A DNA stretch of 64,000 nt from NCBI GenBank assembly GCA_032718475.1, contig JAUCBJ010007137.1, positions 12,947 to 76,946 of the forward strand, in the 5' to 3' direction. A program made the position numbers and the translations under genes. Below, piece by piece: positions 1 through 12,941 of this stretch; position 1 is the first letter of the stretch, and each line of letters begins with the position of its first letter. The stretch is from Nemertoderma westbladi. Its lineage: Eukaryota > Animalia > Xenacoelomorpha. The notes under the pieces were generated by a model. That model worked only from the letters and a program-made list of their open reading frames with translations, was not told where the DNA came from and made no database searches.

Positions 1-119
1 GTAGTAGTAGTGGGGATGCTTTTTTTGCCGAGTCAGCTCTCGGGGTAAATACCACACCCTGGTTTGCCACTCCACAGGGTGGGTGTCGCAGTGGAGTCAG
101 ATATGAGGCCCATCACCCA

Positions 120-1397
120 TACCTACTATGACGCACATGACCCACCATTGGCTGTGCAGCTCATCCCCATTGGTGATATCCCATTGGTGATATCTCCTTT
201 GCAGAAGTGAAGGCTGCTTCAAAGAGCATTAAGACCAATCGTGCCAGTGGAGTAGATGGTGTTCCCCCTGAGGTCTTTAAAATACCTGAGTGTTTAAAGC
301 TCATCTATCCCATCATAGTAGACATGTACCGAACAACAAGAGTTCCACAAGAAATGAAAACAAATAAGTTGGTGCCAGTTCGCAAGAAGGGCAACCTAAC
401 ACTCTATGGTTCTTTTCGGGGAATCTCATTGATCTCGATTGCTGCAAAGCTATACAATAAGATTCTATTAAATCGCATCAGGGATCCCATTGAGAGACTG
501 CTCCGTGGAAATCAGAATGGGTTCCGTAAAGGTCGTGGGACCATGGAGCCCATTTTGGCACTTAGAAGGATAATTGAAGAGTTATCAAAAAAGAGACACA
601 GGCATCTGGCTGTTATCTTTGTTGACTTCTTCAAGGCCTTTGATTCAGTCTCTCGCTCACGTATGTTCAGCATACTTTCATATATGGGATTCCTGATGAA
701 ATTATTGCAGCAATCAGATCAGTATACGATGGTTCGACAACATTTGTGTCTACTGTTGACGGTGACACAGAACCATTTGAAGTGTTATGGGGCGTCCTCC
801 AGGGAGACACACTTGCACCATTCTTGTTCATAATTGTTGTTGACTATGTTCTACGCATGTCCTTAGATCATCATAATGGTGATGGGGTGATGATAACTCC
901 ACCTACTGGCTCCAGAAGTCGAGGAAATCCTGCCAAGCCTCAGCTCATTAGAACATGCTGCTTCTAGTGTTGGTCTTTTTATTAACTCCAGAAAGTTTGA
1001 CAAAAAATTTTGACAGTTAACTTTGAAAGTCCTCAGCAAGTCTCTGATCGGATGAGCATAAGCTCAAAAGATGGTATGCTTGAGCATGTGGATGACTTCT
1101 GTTACCTGGGATTATGGATCCGGAAGTCAGGTGAGGACCTTCGAATACGTAAGGGAAAGGCATGGGCAGCCTTGAATAGGCTTTCCAGGATTTGGAAGTC
1201 ACCGAGAATTAATCGGAAACTTAAGGTCCGGTTATTTAGAGCAGCAGTAGTTCCAGTACTCCTCTATGGGATGTCATGGGTGATAGGGAGTTGTGGCGGT
1301 GCAATTTTGTCGATAAGCCGGCACAGCATTCTTAAAAATGCAGCTGCAATGCAGCATGCCGATCCTAGTAGTAGTAGTAGTACTAGTAGTAGTAGTG
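120..1397 (+). mobile_element. Decayed RTE-clade non-LTR retrotransposon (RT fragment, internal deletion, 3' UTR, (TAG)n tail)
   Basis: ORFs 207-833, 746-967 and 1010-~1272 carry RT motifs RASGVDG, QNGFRKGRGT, FVDFFKAFDSV, GVLQGDTLAPFLF, FCYLG and LLYG, with frameshifts. The 3' end at 1280-1397 matches 4821-4948 and ends in tagtagtag. Confidence 0.85.
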
Positions 1398-1859
1398 CAG
1401 CTCATCTGCTGGGTCATGCCCTGTACCCCTGCTGCCAGGTGCAGGTCGCAGGGAAGTGCACTCAGAGTGGACATGAGAACACTCTACTCCTGACCAGCCA
1501 TTGGTAGATCACCATCTGCCTGGCCAGGCCATATACCCCTGCAGCCAAGTATATGGGTCCTTAATCCAGGATCAAGGGCGTCCTTATCCTTATCCTTGCC
1601 CTAGTAAGAGGGTCTATCCAGCTACAGGTGGCACCTCCTTTATGCTGCATGGAGGTGGCAAGTTTTCTTGATCAATGACCTAGAATACCTGACCTGACCT
1701 GTAAATGCTTTATAAAAGTTTAATACTTTATCCACTATTATTTATTGTCTAATTATGAATGTACAGTATAATAACCATATTGTCATTATCACAAATTGAA
1801 ATGCAACTTATTATTATTAACCCAATGGTTTGATTGTATTTCATTGTGGGCGAATAGAA

Positions 1860-2042
1860 ACCGTTGCGGTTACCGCAGCGGAACCGCTGCGTTACCGCAA
1901 CGGTACTGTTGGGTGTGAACGGGCTCCGTGTAGTTTACCGCTGGCTTACCGCTTCAATACCGCAAGACTAACCATTGGGACCAAACTACCTGCCAACATG
2001 TAGTTTACCGCTCACGCACCGTTGGATGTGAACGGGCCTTAA
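1860..2042. mobile_element. Probable PIF/Harbinger-type MITE end with internal palindrome
   Basis: Dyad accgttgcgg...ccgcaacggt at 1860-1905; terminus tgtgaacgggcc followed by ttaa; tgtgaacgggc occurs twice. No partner end found. Confidence 0.35.
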
Positions 2043-2400
2043 GCCAGTAAGGTACGGCAGGCCTACTTGGCTGGATTTCCTCTACTTTCGGAACCAGTGG
2101 AGTAGGGACTAGGGGGTGATTTTTTCAATGGGGTTCACGACTCAAATTCAAAACCAGATTAATAAGATGCAATAATATCACAGAAACACAATGGCGTTTA
2201 CATAATTCAATAAGATGCTAAAATAGCCGAGATTGGTGTTTTCAGTTTAAAAATTGTTCAAAATTTGAAAAGGATCTGTGATTGGTCGTGACGTCACTAT
2301 CCGCCTCCGAATCCCATTTATATCAACATCCAGATACCTAATATTGTAATACTATCTTTGTATAAATTGGGGCAGTTTGTCGGTACGTACTAAAAGGTAG

Positions 2401-2482
2401 AACGATCTATAACGGGCTATAACGATCTATAACGGGCTATAACTTCCTATAACAAGCTATAACCACCTATAACGAGCTATAA
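2401..2482. repeat. Tandem repeat with 10-bp unit aacNNNctat
   Basis: aacgatctat aacgggctat aacgatctat aacgggctat aacttcctat aacaagctat ... Confidence 0.9.
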
Positions 2483-3230
2483 TATCAAAATTTACAATAA
2501 AAAAACATATTTTAGAATGGATTTATTTTCTTAGTCAGTAATTTAATTACGCAATTTGGTTTTATAGTCCATAATGCTTTTCATCTTTGTGGTATCACGA
2601 AATCAGTCATATTCAGTATATAGTAATATTCAGTAATATATAATCAGTCTCTTGATTCTTGTTTTGTTGATTATTGATAACTATTGATATTGTTGTATAA
2701 ATAAAAAAATATATGAATTGATTTTACGTATTCTTTATTTTATAAACCTTAATGCGGCCGTCAGGCCGTTTTGATCTACTGTACTACTACTACTACTAGG
2801 TCGAGCGAACTCGGACAGTGGAAATGAGATCCTTCCAGGCTTCCCTATTCTCCTGATCTACTGTAAACTGCCGTATTATATTTTAATTGATGTGCAACCG
2901 AAAATACAAAAAGTGGACGAAAAATATTATGCAAATGACTGTGATGATATGATGTACTGAAACTTTATGAGCCGTGGACTGGGCGACATGGACGCCTGCT
3001 ACTAATTAATTAATAAATCCAACGTATTTTTAAATAAAATTTTAACACAATTACTATTCAACCTTTATTATTCATTATAACAAGAGTTCTAAGTACTGAC
3101 TGACAGACATATAGCAGTTCAAACTACAACTAACGTCATACATAGTTTACTAGTTTAAACTGCAACCAAAGAGCAATAGTGTCTACCAATATACATGGAA
3201 GTTGAGAAACGTTTCTTACAAACATTACAG

Positions 3231-3892
3231 TTACCGAGTCTCCCCACTGCGGATACATTTGTGGCGCTTTAGTTGATATCGGTGTGATAAAGATTTACCG
3301 CATGTATCGCAGCTAAACGGTTGTTCACTTGTATGTGTCCGCTTATGGGAAGTTAGATGGCAGCTCTTCGTAAATCTCTTCCCGCACTTATCGCACACAT
3401 ACGGACGCTCTCCGGTGTGAATTCTTTTGTGGGTCGTTAAACTCCCGTTCTCTGCAAATCTCTTCCCGCACGTGTCGCACACAAACGGACGTTCACCGGA
3501 ATGAGTTCGCGTGTGCGTAGTTAGGGAACATAGTTGAGAGAAACGTTTCTCACACAGGTTGCAGTTATACGGTTTCTCTCCACTGTGCGTTCTATTATGC
3601 CTTTTTATGTGGCCTAGTTGAGAGAAACATTTGTTGCAGATGCCGCATTGGTAAGGACGCTCACCGGTGTGGATCCGTTGGTGTATAATTAGATTGCTGT
3701 TCCTTGCGAACGCCTTACCACAAGTATCACAGTTGAAGGGTTTCTCATTGGAGCGGCTTCCTTTCACAATATCTTGGGGTTGAATCCCAGAGGGACCAGG
3801 TTGGTTGAAGGAATTATTCATACATCCGGGTGTTACGTCATCGTCGGAAGCGAGCATGTATGAATCATCAAGTGATGGTTGTGATTGGTCGC
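3231..3892 (-). CDS. Terminal exon of a tandem C2H2 zinc-finger protein (6 fingers, the last C2HC)
   Basis: ORF 3231-3857 has CxxC...HxxxH fingers with TGERPY/SGEKPY linkers. The frame stays open upstream to a putative acceptor ...ttatctag| at 3893/3892. Upstream exons were not identified. Confidence 0.85.
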
Positions 3893-3977
3893 CTAGATAA
3901 TGTAATGGAGTGGATTAATAGTGGAGATTAATTTATCATTATTATTCAATAATAAAGATAAATTAATAATAAATAAT

Positions 3978-4948
3978 CTTATTCGTAATTGTGGTTGATT
4001 ATGTTTTACGCAAATGGTAACTCCACCTACTACTCCACCTCCACCTACAAGAAGTAGAGGAAATCCAGCAAAGTACCTTACTAGAATTTGCTAGACTTGC
4101 TGATGACCTAGGGGTAACGTCAGAATCACTAGAGGGAGCCCAAAGGCTCTTCTGCTCATTGGAGCAGGTTGCTTCTAGTGTTGGTCTTTTTGTAAACTCC
4201 AAGAAGACCAAAATCATGACAGTCAACCTAGACACTAGACAGCCTTCAAGAAATGTCTGATTGTAAAAGCATAAGCTCCAAGGATGGCTTGCTTGAGCAC
4301 GTGGATGACTTCTGCTACTTGGGATCATAGATCAGAAAGTCAGGTGAAGGCGTTCGGATACGTAAGGGGAAGGCATGGGCAGCGTTAAATCGTCTGTCCA
4401 GGATTTGGAAGTCCCATAGAATAAAACGGAACCTTAAGGTTCGAATATTTATGGCAGCAGTAGAACCAGTACTTTTATAAATGACTCCATGCTGGGCTCT
4501 AACTGTAGATCTCTGGATGGCACTTTCACAAGAATGCTGCGCCGGGTTCACTGTATCAAGTACAATGAACATATCTCCAATCAGACTCTATACAACATTG
4601 GAGCTGTTTCATCAGTCTCCCCTAGTTTGACACTTAAACAGAACCACCTCCGCTTTGCAGGATATTGCTTTCGCCGTGAGGACCAGCCAGTGCATAATCT
4701 TGTGCATTGGCGGCCTCATGGAGTGAATAAGCATGGTGGACAGCCCATGACTTTCTTGAGACGCATCTTAAAGGATACTGGCCTTGAAGATGCGGATGAT
4801 CTAGCAAATGCCATGCATCGGTGATAGGGAGTTGTCACGGCGCAATTTTGTCGACAAGCCGGCACAGCCTTCTTAATATATATGTAATATATATATAATG
4901 CAGCTGCAATGCAGCATGCCGATCGTAGTAGTAGTGGTAGTAGTAGTC
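3978..4948 (+). mobile_element. 5'-truncated RTE-clade LINE, same family as 120-1397
   Basis: Nucleotide similarity to 825-1270; C-terminal ORF 4489-4824 (LRFAGYCFR); shared 3' UTR and (TAG)n tail. Confidence 0.85.
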
Positions 4949-5579
4949 GCCTATAGAAAGTCATGGAGCGGATTAATAGTGGATAATAATTTATCATTAT
5001 CACTAGTTTACAATAACTGTAGTTTTAAATTCATATAGTTTCTGATACATTCATTACAGTAATAAGTGTAAATAAAAACGACCTACCATGGTTATTTCAC
5101 ACAATTAGAGGTTGAAGTCACAATAGTTGATTTGGGTTTCAAAATTAAATTTTTTTATTTTTACATTTTCTGATATGATTCTATGAATTATTAACTACAA
5201 AACACCTATCTAGGAAATAATATCAGCAGTAGTGGAAATCTTTCTGAATACGCCCACTGCCATTGGGGCGCGAGACAAGAGGAACTAATTTAGTAGAGAA
5301 GTTGCAGGGCTCTGGGAAAATATTGCAGCACTGATTAATGTGATTATGGAGTGTCTCGGAAAAACGGAATAGACGCAATAGGTAGGACCTATTTATAAGA
5401 CAGTGATTCAGATATGTAATCACAATAACATGTCCGACGAAGAATAGAAGAATCCCTTGTATTTGTATTTCTTCATCTGGATAATAGAGTCCAGCCATTT
5501 CTCTGGCAAAGCTAAAAAAAATTAGGATGGCTAAAATGTCTGTCCTTATCTGATCTGATCTGACGGTATCTGACACTTG

Positions 5580-5715
5580 TTCCACCTTGGTTCAGAGCCG
5601 ACCTTGGTGTAGTGGATATATTGAATTCACATCTCACGGAGGTTGTGGGTTCAACCCCGGCATGGGCAATGGGGGCCAAGTTAGTTTTCGTTTCGGCACG
5701 AATGCTTTGAAGGGT
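5580..5715 (+). mobile_element. Decayed tRNA-derived SINE head
   Basis: A-box-like tggtgtagtgg, B-box-like ggttcaaccc, then tagttttcgtttcggcacgaat shared with 10218-10340. Confidence 0.6.
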
Positions 5716-6098
5716 TTAGCGAGGCATAGCATCTATGCCTTGCACTATGCCTATGCTTGTGTCAATATAACACCCCCCCCCCCCCCCCTCTGAAACTAAC
5801 GCTACTAACGAAAAGACTAACTAAACTAACTAAAAGATATAAGATAGAAATTTTAATCTTGTTTTTAGCGGTGGGTGCTAAATTTTGGTGCCAGCCCCAA
5901 ATTTTGAAATATTTCAATTTTGTAAATTGATTACCCCTAAGTCGATTTTTGTAGTTCTGAGATAATCGATAAAAACTGTTTATTTTTTTAGAGAGATGCC
6001 TCAGTTTACTTGTTATTGTGTTTTTTGATAACTAAATATATATAGAATTCATATAACTCAACTTTCAATTTGATTTAGAATTACCGTTGAAATATATT

Positions 6099-6268
6099 GC
6101 GGTTTTTTTGTAAAAATTCTGACTTATGGTGTTTTGCCAAAACAAAGGGGAACACCGTTTTCTGGTATTATCCCGTAACTATACGATAGTTGCGGGGTAT
6201 TGCCTAGAAAACAAGGTATCCTCAATTTGGCAAAACACCACAAGTCCGAATTTTTACAAAAAACACGC
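6099..6268. repeat. ~170-bp imperfect palindrome (hairpin MITE-like)
   Basis: tttttgtaaaaattc..ggtgttttgccaaa..cccgtaactat | atagttgcggg..tttggcaaaacacc..gaatttttacaaaaa. Confidence 0.8.
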
Positions 6269-7019
6269 AAAATATATCAAATAATAGCCTAGGCGTATCG
6301 TGCGTCCTTAATTATTTAGTGCGTAGTGCGAACGTAATACATGTGCGCATTTGTTATTAGCTAATACGTGCTATCTAACATGTTAACTAGCACATGATCA
6401 GGTGTTAGTATTACCTGTAAGCGCAATAATAACAAATAATCACATACAATATAGATTAACACACTTGCGCACATGTTGGAAATTTTTGAATTCAAAATTC
6501 TAAAGTGCTCCATAAGGTTTTGATATTTTGGTATTAATTGGTTTTAAAATAAGTACGGGACTGTAGTTAGAATCATGTATCAATACAAATTGAACAAAAA
6601 TGTAGCCAAATGCAGAACTACTGTATCAAGAACAAAATTTAAATTCAAGAAAGCGGAACTCTAAGTACAAAATATAGCCATGGGTATGGTACTCTACAGT
6701 AAGAACAAAGTCTAGCTACAGGGTTACAGCTACGTTAAAGTTAAAGTAAAGTTCACTTACAGTACGTCATGACGAATAATTAAAGACCTGTATTTTCTAC
6801 AGTACGTGGCAACATTTAGAGAAATTCTATCAGCAACGTAGTGAGCATGTCAGGTTGCCGATCAAGTTGCTCTATGTAAACGCGAAGTTTGTTGCTGTAA
6901 AAGATGCCTCATATAACGGAGACTAAAAGTTATTGTTACCCAAATTACGTTGCTACTGTAGTTGTTGACCAAATTGTCCAAAACGTCCGGCAACCTAGAG
7001 TAACTTATAGCAATTTGGA

Positions 7020-7375
7020 CACAAACATTAAATGAGGGACAGATATTTATCAGCACCACAAACATTAATGTGGGAGAAACATTAATCAGGGGGACAAACA
7101 TAATGTGGGATATAAAAATTGATGTAGGACACAAACATTATGAGGGACACAAACATTATGAGGGACACAAACATTATGAGGGACACAAATATTAATGAGG
7201 TACACAAACATTAATGAGGGACACAAACATTAATTAGGGACACAAACATTAATGAGGTACACAAACATTAATGAGGGACACAAACATTAATTAGGGACAC
7301 AAACATTAATGAGGTACACAAACATTAATGAGGGACACAAACAATAAACGAGGGACAGATATCAATCAAGGGCAC
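7020..7375 (+). repeat. 21-22 bp tandem array (gggacacaaacattaatga)
   Basis: More than 12 visible units. The same unit recurs at 11790-11915 (direct) and 19800-19877 (inverted). Confidence 0.9.
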
Positions 7376-9537
7376 TAACCCCAATGAACACTTCAATATA
7401 ATCATATAAACAGTGGATTAATTTCTCCCCTTTGGGGCATCATCAGCACAAAAACTACTGCACTACAGTTAGGCCAAGCAGAAAACAGTAACAAATACTG
7501 AAATAGACTACCAGTCACTCACAAAACGATGTACCCATATGTACAGTACAAATAACAACACTCCGCCTACGGTTGATATGTGGTTAAAAGGACCGTGCAG
7601 CCACGGTCCGTAGAGCTAACAACATAAATAAACAACTGAACTCTTAGTCATAGAAACTAATCAATCAATCTGGCACCGAGACGTGGTTAGGCAGGGCCGT
7701 GCGTTACTATTTCCAGTACAAATTGCATAGAGCAGTATTAACAACAGAGAGCCTTATGTATGCGAGATGACAACTACAGTACGAAATACCTGCCGTATGC
7801 GAAATATCCGTGCACAAACGTGTAGCGTAAAAAGACGCAGGCAAATACACTAAAACTAAATCTACAGTACTGACGTATGTGAAATGTCCGTGCAAAAACG
7901 TGTAGCGTAAAAAGACACAGGCAAATACACTGAAACTAAATCTACAGTACTGACGTATGTGAAATGTCCGTGCAAAAACGTGTAGCGTAAACAGACACAG
8001 GCAAATGAAACTGAAACCAAATCTAAAAACCTAAACAATCAAACCAGCACAGCGACGTGATTAGGCAGGGCCGTGCGCTACTATCTACAGTACAAAAGGC
8101 ACTGAGCAGTATTAATGGCAGAACCCATCCCGCCGGTCTGGCGTGTATCGTGAAACCAAAGAACCAACAGGTAAATGATACTAAAGCTAATTATTAATAA
8201 TAGCAATTAAATCTAAAGTTATTTATTCAACACGAAACGCGATCAATAATCAAGAAGCTGACATCTGCGCGGTTAAATTCCGAATCCTCGAAGATGCAGT
8301 TAAGAATTTGGGTAACTAAGCAATCATCGAAAATAAATAAATTCATTGGGGAACTAATTTGGATATCAACACAGAAAACCGACCAAGTGGGTTTATAAAC
8401 CTTATAGGAAATTATAACAATTCGTTCCTAAAATTTAAATTCACTCGACGCTAGTTGTAACGGCAGGGGATGTATCATCTTATACCTTAAGTACGTAGAT
8501 ATTAACCCAAAATTAACATTAACCGACATTAACCGTATTAATTCTCAGGATATTATGGTTTTGTACGGACATTCCGCATACGTCAGGGTTTACGTACTGT
8601 AGTTGTACCCCGGATACGCCAGGCTCAGTGCCATAAATTCTGCTCTGTGCCTTTTGTACTGTAGATAGTAGCGCACGGCCCTGCCTAATCACGTCGCGGT
8701 GCTGGTTTGATTGTTTAGGTTTTTAGATTTGGTTTCAGTTTCATTTGCCTGTGTCTGTTTACGCTACACGTTTTTGCACGGACATTTCACATACGCCAGT
8801 ACTGTAGATTTAGTTTCAGTGTATTTGCCTGTGTCTTTTTACGCCACACGTTTGTGCACGGATATTTCGCTACGGCAGGTATTTCGTACTGTAGTTGTCA
8901 TCTGCATACATAAGGCTCTCTGTTGTTAATAGGGCAATTCCATCGTTACGGACTCACATTCATACGCAATTTTCGAATTTAATTGGCATATTTAATTAAT
9001 AACTTTACAATATAAATAACATTCACCTATGGTGGCTGATGGATTAATGGTACATCTTTACTTTGACTTATAAAAAAGAGTTGTACAGTATCTTATTTGA
9101 TACATAGGATATTGTAAATATAGTGCCCGTTACGGACTCACATGCAAATGGACAAAGAAAAATTACCAATTGTATTTTGCCAAATTCTCTTGAAATGTTT
9201 AACGCCCTACGTTATAACTTTCACAATGCGAGGTAGATACATCAAATTTTGTAAATTTGTAAGTTAATAGCAGAAACATATGGTGGTAAACCTCATTTAT
9301 GGAGAAATTGTTCGTTACGGACTCACAGAAAAAATTGTTACGGACTCACACTTGAAATCGTTATGCACTCGTTATTTTGTTTAGAAAAAAAGAGCAACGA
9401 CCAATGAATGTTTATGGTGTTTATTCAATAAATATCTTTATTACTTATATACCTTTCGCTTTCACAATGTACCTTAAGTATCACTATTAGATATATCTTT
9501 AGTAGTGTTCATATTTTGAGTAGGCATATTTGGTGTG

Positions 9538-9662
9538 TGTGGGGCGAGCCACGAAGTTGGCGGAGCCTTAGCGAATTGACACTGTTAGGGGGTGGGTCAA
9601 TTTATGCAAATAGTTGTCGTCGTCGTCGTCGTCGTCGTTGTCGTCGTCGTCGTCGTCGTCGT

Positions 9663-9699
<37 letters not shown>

Positions 9700-10026
9700 T
9701 ACGATTTTGACATGCTAATAACTTTGTCGGATTTAAAGCTGCCAAGTTGAAAATTTGTAGGTATCAATATGAGCAAAAGTTGAGATTTTTGAGAGACTTT
9801 CAGACACCATCAGTGCAATGGTCTCCCGCTAGAGGGCCACATGTCTAAACATTAAATGCCCTCCCTCCCATTTCTTTGCTTTTAATCCGTTTAAGCTGAA
9901 ACTTGGCAGATATGTCTGACGTAACGTGACAACGACAACTATTTGCATAAATTGACCCACCCCCTAACAGTGTCAATTCGCTAAGGCTTCGCCAACTTCG
10001 TGCTGCGCGAAGGCCCCACTTCGTGT
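9538..10026 (+). mobile_element. Helentron-associated (HINE/DINE-1-like) element with (GTC)n and ~70-bp inverted repeats
   Basis: 5' tgtggggcgagccacgaag, GTC microsatellite, core aaacttggc, 3' hairpin cgaaggccccacttcg. Near-identical copy at 58262-58730. Confidence 0.65.
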
Positions 10027-10217
10027 ATAGTAGTGTATATTTAATATCCTATAAGTTCATATGACCATAATTTGTTAAAATGACCAATTTCTAATTCTTT
10101 AACAACATAAATACCACGTTCACGGAAAATTTTTTATTCTGGAAAATAAATTTGAACAGTATTTCGTTGTATTTATGATTTACTGTACGATCACTACTAT
10201 CACTGTACTTAAGTTAT

Positions 10218-10560
10218 TCCACCTTGGCGTAGTTGGTTAAATCGGTGGCATTTAAATCACATCTCTCTTTGGGTCGTGGGTTCGATCCACATCATGGGGG
10301 CTAGGGTAGTTTTCGTTTCGGCACGAATACTTTAAAGCCCATAAAGGGACTTATTAGCCAGGGCGCATCTCTTCCTTCCGTAAATTGTAGCTAAATGAGA
10401 ACTGGAGTTTCCTCTGGGGAATATAGGAGGGGACCGCACTGGAAATATACACTTTATTATTGAGACTTTGTGCGTAATCCCAGGCCTAACTGACGATATG
10501 TTTTGTATCTCAATCCATCATTCGCTCACTCGTTTCATGAAATCTTGGCGAACTTCGAGT
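10218..10560 (+). mobile_element. tRNA-derived SINE
   Basis: A box tggcgtagttgg, B box ggttcgatcc; body shared with 5580-5715; 3' end approximate. Confidence 0.65.
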
Positions 10561-11789
10561 GTATCATACTATACCATCTTGGTCAGTAACTTCTGTCATC
10601 CGTGATATATGCCGTTTGGCCCTTTCGGCCCAGAAATGTGAGTATTAGACGTAAGAGACAGGATTAAACGGGCGCAATGAAGAATGTCGTACATTAGGAT
10701 GATGTATGAATATACTGTCGATGGACAATTGTCAGACTAAAAGGAGCTGAATACTTTCAGTTTACATAGTGAATTATGTATACAAAGCAGAATGATTCTT
10801 TCCTAACCTACCGCCTGGTGAGTCCGTAACGGAAAATTTGTGAGTCCATAACGCTATTCTTAAACAGTTCAGCTGCAATACAGATCAGAGACTTAATGGA
10901 TGGTTTTGATTGGTTGTAAACCCAAAGGAAAATGATTGTCAGTGCAATACACATGCGGGGTTTACTCCAAATTAAAACTTTAAGTACTTTTCGTTACGGA
11001 CTCACATAATTCTGTAGGCCAAATCTAAAATTTTTGAAACATTGAATACACAATGCTATTCTGTCAATATTCAAATTTTTATCATCAATAGCTTCTAATA
11101 AATGTTGAATTTTCGGTTGGTGTAATTACCTGTCTTAATCAGACAATTTCAATGGTGGTAAGATTATGTCAAAAATGACATGTAATAATTTCTGCAAATT
11201 TGAAAATACGTAAAAAATATTTATCATATTCAATAATGAAAAACCAGTTGTTACCCTCAAAAAAAATTAAGAATCCGTCACTTTTATTAAAAATTTAATA
11301 CTTTCTCGTCATTTTGATACCAAAATTATGCTTATCGGAATTGCCCAATACTGCTCTATGCAATTTGTACTGGAAATAGTAACGCACGGCCCTGCCTAAC
11401 CACGTCTCGGTGCTAGATTGATTGATTAGTTTCTATGACTAAGAGTTCAGTTGTTTATTTATGTTGTTAGCTCTACGGACCGTGGCTGCACGGTCCTTTT
11501 AACCACATAACAACCGTAGGCGGAGTGTTGTTATTTGTACTGTACATATGGGTACATCGTTTTGTGAGTGACTGGTAGTCTATTTCAGTATTTGTTACTG
11601 TTTTCTGCTTGGCCTAACTGTAGTGCAGTAGTTTTTGTGCTGATGATGCCCCAAAGGGGAGAAATTAATCCACTGTTTATATGATTATATTGAAGTGTTC
11701 ATTGGGCGATGAAACTCCTTGTCGTTTTAATAATTATCATGATGTATACAAACGCCCTAAAGTCGGCATGTCACTTTACAAATAACTAA

Positions 11790-11915
11790 CATTAATGAGG
11801 GACACAAACATTAATGAGGGACGCAAACATTAATGAGGGACACTAACATTAATGAGGGACACAAACAATAAACGAGGGACAGATATCAATCAAGGGCACA
11901 AACATTAATCATGGG
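11790..11915 (+). repeat. 22-bp tandem array, second block
   Basis: Same unit as 7020-7375, including the identical ending aataaacgagggacagatatcaatcaagggcac. Confidence 0.85.
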
Positions 11916-11998
11916 CACTATCGCCCTTCGCACTTAGTATGATTCCTGTTACCACCCATACACATACAATATATTACAGTATTACAATTCTCATTACT

Positions 11999-12336
11999 TG
12001 TTGTGGATCTTCCCCAAGTGGAAGTCCATTTATGGAATGGAAAATAATAGTATACTAAATACGGAACGATACTATATATTGAAACTCAATTTGCACTAGT
12101 TGGAAAAAATTATTTAACAACTATCTATTACGTACTGCACAAACTGTGAGGTTAACATATGGTTAGTCTAATTAATTTGCACATTACAGTTAATTAATGG
12201 ATCTATGGATAGACCTTTACGCGGATTTATTTCTGTGGCAAACATTGTATACTTAGTGTGTTGGCTAATCAATTTAAACAATGTATTGCAATTTACTACG
12301 TATTGGTTTCATTATTACAGATCACATTACATAACA
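11999..12336 (-). repeat. 3' LTR of the first BEL element
   Basis: Near-identical to 18927-19271. Confidence 0.95.
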
Positions 12337-12941
12337 CTCCCCCTTTTGCTTTGGTTACATAACACTCCCCCTTTGTTCACGATGCAGTAGAACAAAATAT
12401 CATTGCATTTTAAGTTAATGAAGGTAATATGCTAAATGAGAAATTAACTACAGTATAAATAATATATTTGTACAAATGAATTAAATAATGCAATAATTTA
12501 TAACCTAATAACCATATCTACCAATTATACCAAAACAAAATTAATATACCGTATTTAATATTATAATTAATAAATAATGCAAACATCACGTAATTAACTT
12601 TACTACGTACGATTAATGACACAAATAATATTATAAACAACACCAATTGAGTTTTTAACAATGGTTAACAATACTTACTACATAGTGGAGTTCGTTTACC
12701 GTTAAATAAATAATATTACTTTACTAGAAAGGCATTTTGTTTATATAATATTACATAAATTTACATAATATATTCATATTTAATCTTCCAACAAAACAAA
12801 TATAAGAGTCTTCATCCAACAAAACAAATATAAGTGTCTACTGTACTACTTACTTTACACATAACTGTATTACTGTACATACAAAATGCAAAACAGTAGT
12901 TGCGAATTTACTAAAATTTGCTTATTTGTAAACGCCAACTT

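Larger units (their letters stand above)
8932..11346. mobile_element. Non-autonomous DNA transposon, Sola2-like
   Basis: TIR gggcaattcc/ggaattgccc. 4-bp TSD aata (8928-8931, 11347-11350), confirmed against the uninterrupted left arm of the host foldback. Repeated internal motif cgttacggactcaca on both strands. GRG termini with a 4-bp TSD fit Sola2. Confidence 0.7.
7380..11706. mobile_element. Foldback-like element with ~730-bp inverted arms
   Basis: Left arm 7380-8109 (cccaatgaacacttcaat...) is the reverse complement of 8640-8931 plus 11347-11706 (...attgaagtgttcattggg). Spacer is ~530 bp. Arms contain ~73-bp tandem units. Confidence 0.75.

Noticed and set aside
5223-5585. 120-aa ORF as an upstream exon of the zinc-finger gene
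   Set aside because: No recognisable domain, non-ATG start, and no convincing splice pairing.
7020-7375. Regular short repeats resembling a CRISPR array
   Set aside because: The units are contiguous with no unique spacers, there are no cas genes, and the context is eukaryotic.
9516-9710. Poly-Arg/Ser ORFs (also 58261-58449)
   Set aside because: Artefacts of the (GTC)n microsatellite.
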